Of a stretch of 64,000 nucleotides of DNA, positions 1 to 12,056 are shown in pieces (positions within the stretch are counted from its first letter, which is position 1; the number at the start of each line of letters is the position of its first letter). Both the position numbers and the translations under genes were made by a program. Source of the DNA: Octopus vulgaris (Eukaryota); the NCBI GenBank assembly GCA_951406725.2, contig OX597817.1, positions 32,488,001 through 32,552,000 of the forward strand, read 5' to 3'. The notes beneath the pieces are model-generated. The model was not told the DNA's origin. It ran no database searches and saw only the letters and a program-made list of their open reading frames with translations.

Positions 1-1599
1 TCCTCAGTACTAGTGAGGAAATGTCACTCACAAACCGAAAGAGAGTAGGAGAGAGTGATGAAGCTGGATTAGGTATGAAGGGAAGAGATTTATTGTTGGA
101 GCAGGGGCTAGTATAGAGGGAGTAACGGGATGAGGAAGAAGTGGAGTCAGAGCAAATTCTCTAATATACCCTCTTTTCTTTCTAGATAGATTCACTTTCA
201 TCTTTGCATTAAAAGGCAACAATTGTGTGTGTGTGTGTACATACACACATACTATGCATACAAATATATAAGCATAGACTTTGTCCGAAAGTATGTTACT
301 TGTCAGTGTTAGAAAACTTCCTTTATAGAAAAATTTAAAAATTTCTTTAGTCACCCATTATTTATGAGAAAAGAAGAGTATGATAGGTGATACTTTAGTT
401 GACAAGTTATTAAGTCCACAGAATGGAAAGTTTGTTTGAAATGATTTTGTAGGTTAATAGCATGCAACTACACTTGTACATATAAGTTTTGAAAAGGGAG
501 AAGAGGAAAATATCAAGAGACTATTTGGGGTTGACAAGTGAAATGGAATTGTAAAAACAATGCTTCGAGGAAATATTTAACTACAAAATTAAAAAAATTT
601 AAAATATAGATTAAGGAATTTAAATAGAATAAAAAATGTAAATGTTTGCTGAACTTCAAACATGAGGTGATTAAATTTTCAATATTCTTAGCTTGAAATG
701 TTGTGTGGGTAAAGAAGAAAAAAAAAGGTTTATAGATCTTCAGTGTCATATGGAACATGTTGTAACACATGTCTCTCCAGCAACAAAGGTTTTGTTTTTG
801 AATCTTGATCAATATAACAAGAAAAGAACATCAATCTCATAATTATTGACTCGTTTCAAGAATAAATATTGTTTGATTCTTTATGCAGAAATATCATATT
901 TGTTGTTAGATACTTTGTGTTACTTTATTTTATTTATATAGATAACATCTTCTGAGGATGTAAATAGAGCATAAAGCAGACTCAACATTTTAGATTTCAG
1001 TCTTCTGTTGTTAAGCTATGAGATTAAGGTGTTACTAACCATATGGTCAAGAGTTTCCCTTCTTATTAGAGCCATTGTGCTGAGTCATTGAACAAGGTGC
1101 ACGTATCTGTTGCCACTGTTTAATCTGTGTAAAACAGGTTCCACTGCTACTTTATAGTTCAATAGTTGGCCATTAAGAAGCACATCCTGATGTTGATATT
1201 ATGAATGAAAAGCTGCTTACAATTACTATCTGACCCATGCAACTGCAGAAAATAAAACTTTTATCAATCTCCCATTGTATACCAGTTATTTCTGCTTGCT
1301 TCTTGCTTATGATGAACATATTATTTTAGTAACCATTTTATAAAGTTTGTATCCGTATGACAAAAAGAAATGTACAGTTGCATTTATATTTTGCAATTTT
1401 ATTTTTTCTTGATTATCCATCCATAAAACCTAGTTTATATTTTTGCTAATGCTGAAGACAATACATCTTCAGTTGAGCAATCAATATTGATCTGCTTTGT
1501 TAGATTTATTTACTTATAAGAAAAAGACACAAGTTAACATACAGGCTCGATCTATAGCAGTATATAGAAGAATAAGTAAGGGAAGCTTGTTTCTTTCTT

Positions 1600-1823
1600 A
1601 AGAGCATTATAGTATTTAAACTGGCCATATCCGGCCAAAATAGTTAATCTGTTTTATGTTCAAACTGACCAGATCCAGGCTCTCGCACCTACCCTACAAT
1701 GTTATTCTACATTAAGTAATTACACCATCAAGATCTTGAAGATATGAGATAATGCATGATTAATTCAAATCAATGTGAATCAATAGGCATTATGTTTGAT
1801 AGAATAATCTGAACACTAAAGGG
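1600..1823. mobile_element. piggyBac-type MITE family B (left TIR degenerate)
   Basis: Body matches 11408-11628; right end ctaaagggTTAA. Confidence 0.75.
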
Positions 1824-2608
1824 TTAAGGAATTTTCATAGCTATAAAATTAATGATTTATTGTTATAAAGAAAAGTTGTTTATATTCATTCAATTTTTAT
1901 TTACAATTTTCCATGCAAGCATGAGTTAGACATATATGCTGTTGAGTATTGCTTTTACAGTTGGGTGCCCTTCCAGTTGCCAAATCATGCTTTTTACAAG
2001 CAAGGAATCTTCTATTCCATAGGCTTTTCAAGGTGCAAAGCAAATGAACAATTTATTGGCGGGGGAAGTGACAATATCATCCTATATATCAATGATTTTC
2101 AGCTGAAGTGCAAATATAAACCAACACGCAGGCACATGCACACATATATAAAAAAAACTATAATCAAGTTCTAACACTAGTGAATGTCAATAAACAGAAG
2201 AATTAATTTTTGAATAACCCTGAAAGATAATATTCACGTCATTAGAGTAAAGAGGAAATAATGAACAGCCTACAGTTTAGATGACTGAATGGATAAGGAT
2301 TAAATGAATTAGTAATGTATGCAAATAATATCAAATGGGCTGTATAGCTTGCATGAATGAATAAAATCATAGAACTTGTTTACTAGATCAGAGCCACACT
2401 CTTCCCATTTTATCAGCACAAATATATAAAAAATAGTCTGTCGATTCATATGTGCACACATGGGTGTGTGGTTAAGAAGCTTGCTTTGCAATCACTTGGT
2501 TTCCAGTTCAGTCCCTCTGCATGACACTGTGGACAAGTGTCTTCTACTATAGCCCTGGGACAACCAATGCTTTGTGAGTGAATTTGGTTAACAGACACTA
2601 TGTGGAAG

Positions 2609-2644
<36 letters not shown>

Positions 2645-2645
2645 C

Positions 2646-3935
2646 TCATCTTTTAACGTCCACTTTCCATGCTGACATGGGTTGGACAGTTTGACTGAGA
2701 ACTGGCAAGCCAGGCGTCAATCTGATCTGGCATGGTTTCTACAGCTGGATATCCTTCCTAATGCCAACCACTCCGAGAGTGTATTGGGTGGTTTTTAGGT
2801 ACCACTAGCATGGGGGCCAGTCAGGCAGCACTGGCATTGACCATACTCAAATGGTGCTTTTTACATGCCACCAGCACTGGAGCCAGTCAGGCGGCACTGG
2901 TATCAACCACACTCGAATAGTGCTTTTTGTGAGTCACCGGCACTGGTACCAGTCAGGCAACATTGGCATCGGCCACGACAATTTCACTTGACTCAACAGG
3001 TCTTCTCAAGCACAGCATATTGCCCGACAATTGAAGGGTGCTTTTAAACAGGCTGGTTAGGCAACACTGGCATCGGCCATGGCTACGATCTCACTTGACT
3101 TGCCAGGTCTTCTCAAGCACAGCATATCTCCAAAGGTCTCAATTGCTTGTCATTTCCTCTGTGAGGCCCAATGTTCAAAGTTTGTGCTTCACCACCTCAT
3201 CCCATGTCTTCCTGGGTCTACCTATTCCACAGCTTTCCTCCACTGTTAGGGTGTAACACTTCACACAGCTGCCCTCATCTATATGCAACACATGACCATA
3301 CCAGCAGTCTCTCTTGCACACCACATCTGATGCTTATGTCCAACCTTTCTTTCAAGGTACTTACACTGTCATGTATGCACACTGACATTACACATCCAGC
3401 AGAGCATACTAGCTTCATTTCTTTCAAGCCTACGCATGTCCTCAGTAGTCATGGCCCATGTTTCACTGCCGTGTAGCATGGCAGTTCGCACACATGCATC
3501 ATACAGTCTACCTTGCATCCTGAGTGAGAGGCCTTTTGTTATCAGCAGAAGTATTCTAGTAGCTATGCTCTCAGAACATCCACCCCCCACTACTGACTTG
3601 GTCACCTATGTAATGGAAGCTATCAACTACTTCTAGTGGCATGTGATGGGATCTGTTTTCTGTACATCTTTGGTGTTTATTACCCCTGTGCATCTGCCAC
3701 ACACAAAAAACTAACTTCCCACTTAACCTTCCTTTGATATTGCTACACCTCTTATGTGTCCATGGCTTACACCAGGTACATTCTTATGGAGTTTCTACTT
3801 ATGCCTTTTCTACAGATTGAGCAGGGCCATCTACTTGAAGGGATTTGTGATTTGTCTGCCTTCCTACTTACTAAGACTTTGGTTTTTGCTAGATTGACTC
3901 TAAGGTCCTTCAATTCTAGACCTTGCTTCCACACC
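2646..3935 (-). mobile_element. RTE-clade LINE 3' fragment (RT C-terminus + repetitive 3'UTR)
   Basis: ORF 3369..3605(-) [19 protein letters not shown]...[11 protein letters not shown]; 3'UTR ends in (GAT)n. Confidence 0.88.
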
Positions 3936-4680
3936 TGGTCCGTTTTCCATGCTGGTATGGATTAGATGGTTAGACTGAAGCTGGAGAACTGCACCAAGTT
4001 CCAGTGATTTTTTTTTTGATTTTTTTTTTTTAAACTTTTTAAAGTACATCTTATATGCCATCAAATACAGTACTCTGGCTATGCAGGGAACATACACTGT
4101 AGTGATACTGCAATCTGGAGTTGGGCGTTGTGTATTTTCAGCTGTGTTTGATATTTTTATCATTAAACTAGGTATGCTTGATTTCAACTAATGTAATACT
4201 GATATTATTTACCATTTCACTTATGATATCTTTCTGGGGAGTATAATTATATGGTATAGGTTTAAACCTCCAAGGAATGAAAACTAATGTAAGAGAAACA
4301 CTAAAATAATTGTTTTGTTTATTTTGTTGAGGTTTTCTAGAATAGAAAGATACAAAACTTACATAAAAATGTAATTAATATTCTGTTAAAAATATTAGAA
4401 GTTGATAATTGCATTAACTTGAAATGAATTCTAAGAATAAGCAACTTCTGAGAAGGTTGCTTGTTATAATATTTTGGAAGAAAAGCAGTTGTGTGTAGGA
4501 TTAGCTAAATATATTCTCCAAATACAGTGCTACCCAATTATTGAGACACAATTACCTTTGAGAACCAAATTTAAAATGTTGTGTGATTGCTGTTGATCAG
4601 TGTTTTCTCTGGCCCTGTGAAGTTGACAGAAGGAACAGGAATGCAATTTGAATTCTAATTCAAATAATGTTCATGTTTAA

Positions 4681-4898
4681 CCCTTTCGTAACTATTTATT
4701 TTGATATGCTCCGTGTTTCTTTCAATTACTTTAAATATAACAAAGAATTTAGTAAAATTACTTGGTTATCATTAAGCTAGTGTTAGGAACATAAATTGTG
4801 ACTAAGGTTTGGTGGAAGATTTTAATTCAAAACTTATGAAAATAAGACATTTGTAGTCAGAGCCAAAGCCGGTTTCAGCCAGGTTGGTAACGAAGGGG
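4681..4898. mobile_element. piggyBac-type MITE family A (about 220 bp)
   Basis: TTAA on both sides; TIR ccctttcgt...acgaagggg; similar copies at 12796, 17142 and 20465. Confidence 0.85.
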
Positions 4899-6721
4899 TT
4901 AAACTTCAAATACCTAGAATTTTTCTGAAAGGAGACCATATCCTGACATCTAAACATTTGATACTGAACATGCAAATGATTGTTTTTATTCAAGGATAAA
5001 TCAGCAAAATATCATCCCCTGACTTTTCTGCTACCACAAAATTCCCAATTACCTGAAATCCTGAATAATCACAAAACAAACCATTGTGTGTGTGTGTGTG
5101 TGTGTGTCTGTGTCTGACACAAACACTGATGAACTGAGCTGTTGTGCTTTCTTGGTGGCTCTTCAAATATGGAAGTGGTCTTCTGTACAATATTTCCCAT
5201 GATCAAATCTTAACATTTTAGAATGGATATTAAAAAATTCCAGGTGGAACGTTATCTAATTAAAATTACTGAATTTTATACCACAAACTGCTTCTTGCAA
5301 TGCTGATAAAGCAAAAACTGGGAAATTTGACTTAGAAAAAATAAAGCCTGATTGCTAACTGAAATCTATTGATGACACTAACTAAAAATGCACATGTTAA
5401 AAAAAATTTTAATCCTCTCCTAATTCTGTTTATAGATTATATAAAGTAACTTCACAGATATTAACTACTTACTCTGTATTTCTTCTCCCTCAACCGTTCT
5501 TTCTATTTCTTTATTATTGCTAATGTATTAAAAAAAGACAAATCAAAACACAAAAGCAGAAAATTGTTGTTTACTGAAGTTTGTAACTGAACATCTGCAG
5601 TTCTGGAAACATTTGATAGTGCATATAGTATTGTTTTCTATTGTGTACAGTTTGATGGTGTTTTCAGGTGGTGTTTTAGGAGGGTTTTTCTTTTTTTTTT
5701 TTTCAAAGAAAGATTGGTGTTTGTATGTATGTTTATGTAATGTTCATGTGTTTGTGTATCTGCTTTATATAACTGTAAAGAGAGGCTCATATATCAATAG
5801 TTAAATCAATCAATCTCTCTCCCTCTCTCTCACACACACACACATACACACACAACTGTATATCTATCATAGTTTTTAATATTATTTCCATGCTTGCATG
5901 AGGCAGATTTTCTGCATCCAAATGCCCTTCTTGTCATTAAGCATCACCTGTTTCCAAACAGGGTAATATTTCCTCATGGTTGGATACATTTTCACAGCAT
6001 CATTTGTAAAGACAATGAAACACAAAATACACATACACATGTGTACGCACATGTATACATACTTGACTACATGCCAAGCTTCTTTGAGTTTCCATCTACC
6101 AGATCAAATCCACTCATAAAGCTTTGTTCAGCTCAGGTCTATTATAGAAGAAGCTTGCCCAAGGTGCTATGCAATATGACTGAACCAGAAACTACATGGT
6201 TGAGAAGCAAACTTCTTAACCATACAATCTGGGCTTATACATATATATATATATATTAACTGTACCCATGAAATGTATGAGCTTTTCATAGGGCCTGGGT
6301 TTGGTTCAGGTGGATCACAACTTGCCAGGAGGTGACCCATGCACTGTGATTTCAAGACCTTCTACAGTACATGATGCATGAGACAGGCAGCATCTAGATA
6401 TGGGAAACTGCAACAGACTGTTGCAGATTCTAAGTTATAGTTGAATTGCACCTTCATAGCCAGTCTATCTGGCATTTTCTTCATCTGCAGGCATAAGCCC
6501 TTGAAAACATCTAACAATATGAGAGGTTCTTCTTCCACTGTTGTGGAGTTGCAGGTTGATGGGGGAGAGACAACCTGTGGCTTGCTTTTGACAGATGTTG
6601 CTTTTAATTCTGCTGGGTACCTATCACACGCTTCCCAAGGAGACATACTCAAAGAGAAGAGTTGCTTTAGTTGGCAACACTCAACAATGTCCTGGGAGAG
6701 TAGAGGGTACATGGTTATTTA

Positions 6722-6904
6722 CAGGCATTGGACAAAATAATGGAAACACCTTAAAATTTCAAACAAATTTATTTTAATATGGGGTAGGGCCGCCTTTGTC
6801 AGTAATTACAGCTTGAATTCTGCGAGGTATGGACTCGTACAAAGTTTGAATTGTTTCCACAGGAATTTTTGTCCATTATTCTGCTAAAAACAGTCTCCAG
6901 TTCT
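6722..6904. mobile_element. Tc1-like transposon terminal fragment
   Basis: TA followed by caggcattggacaaaataatggaaacacc, a typical Tc1 TIR; no partner TIR found. Confidence 0.55.
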
Positions 6905-7560
6905 TGTCTCAGCAGCAAAAAATACACAATCACTTCAGATATCAAGAAAATATTATCACACTTTACCCACCAACTGAACGTGAACAGCTTACAGCTAAAA
7001 CACATACAATTGCTTTGAATTCTACACCTCATTATCATTGAGGATGTTTCCTGGCAAATGCACATTCACAACATAGCAAATATTGCATCTCAAGGACTTC
7101 TTTCTCTTCAGAGCCAGAAAATACTTCAGCTTCACTGTCAACAACTGTTAATCCTCTACAAATTTCAGGGAAACCCACAATAAAGTACTGCTTTCACAAT
7201 TGGGACAATGCTACTACAACACACCAACATCCTAGACAGCATCTAAAGAAAGCACATTCAACTGCTTGCCATGCAGTCACTCTCAAATACTCTTCAACCT
7301 CTGGACCACAGATGTGCTGTCTGTCCTGTCTCTTTTCTGTGGATAGTACAGCAGCCTCTGTTCCTCAGAGCTGGCTGCTCTTGTATTACCTCCACTCAGA
7401 TATTCTTGATCCACTCTTTCCTCTCTCTCTCATCTTTTTTTTTTCTTGTCAGCTGTGTTATGTCCACCATTACCCACCCCAGTGCCATCACTATCCCAGA
7501 TTGTCCTCCTTAAAATGCCAGGTCTCTGATATTCCTTCCCTGCAGCCACTGACTTGCAAC
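6905..7560 (+). mobile_element. Ancient LINE (CR1/Jockey-like) RT 3' remnant; related pieces at about 52010-52300 and 59510-59730
   Basis: Shared degraded coding words LD.IQRKA..LI...SL...LQPL.HRCAV..LS.F in three mutually similar segments. Confidence 0.55.
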
Positions 7561-9486
7561 TGTTCAAGAGAAATATTAAATGGTTTTGCCATTAACTTTC
7601 TCTTGTTTCTCTCTTTGTAAGGCTCCCTGAGACCAGTCAGAAGGCCTTCAAAGGCCACAGGCACATTACTTTCCACAGGACAAACCAATACAAAACACAT
7701 TACGCATTTAAATAATCAATTGTAAATAAACAAATTTAATAGAGTAAATTTAAAATGCTATTTGTATTCCAGCTGTAAAATTGCAAAATTAGTTGATCAA
7801 ACTTCATTAGTTCTAAGGTCTTTGTGGGCAGAATTCTGAGTTATGGATGATTGAAAGAATTGGTAAAATTTGGTGCCAATTAGTGATGAGGGTTTTTGAA
7901 GCAAATCAGCAGATAAGGGTTTGTTTGTTTTTATTTTTGGGGATTTTTTTAGTTTTGTTTTTTGGTTTTTCATGAATGTAGGAAGTAGAATTATATTGCA
8001 CTGGCAGTGAATGTATTCAATTTAGGATGTGGTATTTAATGGACACAAGCTTCTTGGAAAGCAGGAGAGGCATTTTGTTAGATAAGATCATAGGTGCATT
8101 GTCATTGAATAGCATTCGCCCATTTTGATATTTGCACATATATCATCATTACACAAATAGAATAAATATTATTAAGAAATAAAATGTTATTTAATAGATA
8201 TTTATGAGAATGAATGGATGATTTTTTCAAAATAGATAATGGTTTTTGAAAGTGCTTAAATGATGTTAACACATGAAATTGGACAATGAGGATTTAATAA
8301 CATGACCTATTTTTGAGTGATAATTAGAACAATGATTAGACACTTAGTGAAGGGCTGCTAACAACCAAAATGTGTTGTTAGATAACTAAACAACAAATAA
8401 AGGATTACTGAGTTATTTTGTACCAGCTGTAGAGACAAGGTATTGAAATACTACTTTAAATTTCAAACAAATGATTTTCTTTAATCCAACATCATCTGTG
8501 ATCTTCTTTCAACTTTCTTCATCACTCTAATTGTTATCATTCGTATCACCCACACCATACACTCACATAATTAAAAAAGAAACTGATGTCAATATTTTTT
8601 AAAACCTTTTTATGTTGTCTTTCAATTTTTTCACCAATTCTCTTGCTAATATATCTTTTTATCTGTTAATTCAAAAAAACAAATTTCTAAGCCAGTCTAT
8701 TATATTTTTATCTCATGATATGCACACGCACTTACACTCTCTTCCTCTGATGACTATCTTAAATGTTTGTTCTTTGTTTTACTTTTATCAAATGTTAACA
8801 GTTTTGGTTGGAATTTTCAGTTTGATGTAAAAGCCGCTAAAAATCATAATGAACAATTGAGATGGAATCTTCTGTTTGATTTTGTGTGTGTGTGTGTGTA
8901 AGACATGATTTTGTTCAGAATTTCTGAATCTGTTTTCAGCTTTTGTTTAACACTACCTCAGTGCCCCAGTATAACGACAACCTTTGGATGGAACACATAA
9001 ATGTCAACAATTTTTTAAACAATTAGTCCATAATATTGTATATTAATTACACATATTAAATATGATTTTATTCAGGATTGCTAAATACTAACATGGACAT
9101 AAAAAAAAAAGATAGTTCTTTATCATGTAAATGTGGATTATTCATCTAATGTTAAATTTCCAACATTGATATTTGGTTGGTGGTATTTTATAAGATTGAA
9201 AATTAACATTGTGATCTTTGAAGTTTATATTCTTTCAAAGCCAATGATTCACTTTCTTGCTATTCATTTTTTTTGTGAGTCGTGGACACAGTGTGTGTGT
9301 GTGTGTGGCTGGGAATTTATACAAGACAACCTTACTGTGAAACAGAGACCAGATCTCTGGATGGAGCAAGGTTTCAGTCAAGTAGAAAATGATATAGTAG
9401 AAGGTAAAATGGTACAGTAACCAGACCAATAAAAAATTTAAAACAGGGCTGGATAAAATGGAAGCTAGGAGACTGATATAATATTA

Positions 9487-9718
9487 GGCAGCGAGCTAGC
9501 AGAAACGTTAGCACGCCGGGCGAAATGCTTAGCGATATTTTGTCTGCGTTACATTGTGAGTTCAAATTCCACCGAGGTCGACTTTGCCTTTCATCCTTTC
9601 GGGGTCGATAAATTAAGTACCAGTTACGCACTGGGGTCAATGTAATCGACTTAATACCTATGTCTGTCCTTGTTTGTCCCCTCTGTGTTTAGCCCCTTGT
9701 GGGTAATAAAGAAATAGG
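9487..9718 (+). mobile_element. tRNA-derived SINE family 1 (central gtcgactttgcctttcatcctttcggggtcgataaa domain, Meta-like)
   Basis: A/B-box-like head (ggcagcgagctagcagaa...gttcaaattcc); TSD tataatattag. Other copies (+): 21736-21951, 26080-26301, 33547-33779, 46044-46261, 58873-59103. Other copies (-): about 44375-44590, 60960-61150, 62410-62632. Confidence 0.85.
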
Positions 9719-9729
9719 TATAATATTAG

Positions 9730-11390
9730 ATGATTGGAAGAGGACTAGATGTCGGATATACTTAGCAAGATGAGAAACTAAAAATAGGTTTGCCAATGCT
9801 CTGTAATGTTACAGTTAGAGGTATGAAGTTTTCTGGATTACAAAGCAGTGCCAGTATTAACTGGAACATCATTGATGTAAAAATTGTATGTTATAACAGC
9901 AACATACTTGCCCCCAGTGATAGCAAGAAGAAAGAGACTTGGAAATGTTACCATGTGAATGCATGAGAGAAAAGGGGTTTACTTGAAGTAGACTCAAGTG
10001 AAGGCTCAGAGATTGAAGTTGACATTATGTGGTTGAAAGAATCAATAAGGATATGAAGGCAGAAAAGGCCACTGGGGAATTATGAAATTTAATAGTCAAT
10101 GAGATATCAATTTCAATGACTGGTATAGCAAGTATCATCATCAGCTGTTACAAGGGCAAAGATGTTCTACAGGGGATCAATTAACAGGAACATCAAAGTA
10201 ATGAAGATACAGGAAGTGTTTGCATGTAAGTATATATGTATATAGACAGGAATAGTATAACTAATTAGGAAGATAATTATCTTAGATAAGATGTAATTCA
10301 GGTATGTGCTAGAAAGAGGAACAACAGATGCCCTCTTAGCGAGACATCCACGAGATACTTAATTAAAATCACGCTAACAAATGCCAACTATGGGTGGTTT
10401 GTTTTTAGCTAAAAATAAATCACGACAGCTGGCATTTAGTGAAAAAGCCTTTGATAGAGTCCTACAACCTGTTGTCTGATAGTCGCTCAGTGGATTGGAT
10501 ATGGAGTGATTTATCAGAGCCATATAAGCCTTTGTACATTTTTTTTTAATGCATTGTTGTCAGTCATCTGACATTTAAATAGATCAGTAAGGAGTTCGGT
10601 ATGGATGTACATGTTCATCAGCACTCAGTTCCTGGCTGTCTCCTCTTTATTAAAGTTCTTCAAGCCATAACAAAATAGTTCAAGTCTGTCACACTGCAGG
10701 AACTTGTGTGTGTCAATGACCTAGTTCTCATAGCCAAACTAGTCGTAGTGGAAAAGTTTCAAATATGGAAGCAGAGCCAAGAATAAAGACATTTAAATGT
10801 AAACCTTGCTAAGCAAAAGTCTTAGTAAATAAGAAAGACTGGGAAGTAACTATGCTTGATATGCAGGAAACATAGCTAAGAAGCTATTGTTTACTGTGTA
10901 GTGCAGGTGCACAACATGCAATTGGGTCACAGTTCAGACTGACTGGAAGTAGATTTCAGATGTATCAGATGTTTAAGAGGAGTTAGTGCTATGGAAACCC
11001 ATGAAATGAATTCTTTAACCCCCTTTACTGTTCGCATTATTCTACCAAAATTAAGGTTTTTTTCATCCACATTGCCTTGAACTAATCAGGCATTACCTTG
11101 TAGCTTTGAGATTTTGATGAGGTAGGTGTTAATTTTTTAAATGATATTGTAGGGTTGGTGTGAGAGACCAGATCTGGCCATTTTGAACATAAAACAGGGA
11201 GAATACTTATGGCCGGTTTAAATGCTAAAGGGTTAAAATGCCCAGAAGCTCCCTAGAAGTAGTTGACAGTTTCTGTTATCCAGGTGATATGATCAGTAGT
11301 GAAAGAGGATGTTCTGAAGGCATAGTAGCTAGCGTAAGATTGGGTTGGAAAACGTCCAAGGAGCTATTACTTCTGCTAGCAATTCATCAT
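9730..11390 (+). mobile_element. Ancient, highly degraded RTE RT remnant
   Basis: Residual EKAFDRV-like and EVVDSFCY-like coding words; interrupted by a MITE; boundaries approximate. Confidence 0.5.
11019..11232. mobile_element. piggyBac-type MITE family B inserted in an old RTE remnant
   Basis: TTAA flanks; reverse complement of 11408-11628. Confidence 0.8.
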
Positions 11391-11407
11391 TCTTGATAAG
11401 TATTTAA

Positions 11408-11628
11408 CCCTTTAGTATTTAAACTGGCCATATCCGGCCAAAAGTATTCTGCCTGTTTTATGTTCAAACTGGCCAGATCTGGTCTCTCACACCAACCCTA
11501 CAATATCGTTTTAAAGATTAACAGCTACCTCATCAAAATCTCAACGCTACAAGATAATGCCTGATTAGTTCAAGGCAATGTGGATAAAAATGGATTAATT
11601 TTGGCAGAATAATGTGAACACTAAAGGG
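11408..11628. mobile_element. piggyBac-type MITE family B (about 220 bp)
   Basis: TTAA TSD; TIR ccctttagt/actaaaggg; related copies at about 1600-1823, 11019-11232 (opposite orientation) and 24347-24522 (opposite orientation, internally deleted). Confidence 0.85.
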
Positions 11629-11947
11629 TTAAACAACAAATGCATGGACTGCACCAGTCCAAAACATGATGGTAACAACAATAAAAAAAAAATGAAGACA
11701 CCATTACAACTGGCCTAAAAATATGCAGTTTTTCCTGTTGCACACTATGATATTGCAAAAGAGACTTCATTGGTATGAACATGTGATGTGTATAAAATTG
11801 CATGTACCTAGTTTTTAAGGTTTTCTTTTAACAGCAGCAATAATTTGTTACTCTTTAACGCTTTCAGTATTTTTGTTTGCTTTTTTAATATTTTGTTTAT
11901 TACCTCTGATTTTTTTTTTCCTTAATATTTTTTTGTTTTTGTTGCAG

Positions 11948-12056
11948 GTTTAATTACCGGTCAACCCATTACATGGTCAGCAATGGGTTCTACAATTTTC
12001 TTAATTGGTTTGACGACCGAGCCTGGTATCCTTTAGGCAGAATAGTTGGTGGAACT
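11948..12056 (+). CDS. STT3B: STT3B exon (W)[36 protein letters not shown]
   Basis: Polypyrimidine tract + ttgcag acceptor, gtgagt donor; conserved STT3 peptide. Confidence 0.95.

Noticed and set aside
1-11947. First coding exon or promoter of STT3B
   Set aside because: No HEFDPW-encoding exon or CpG-rich promoter was seen; presumably upstream of the window
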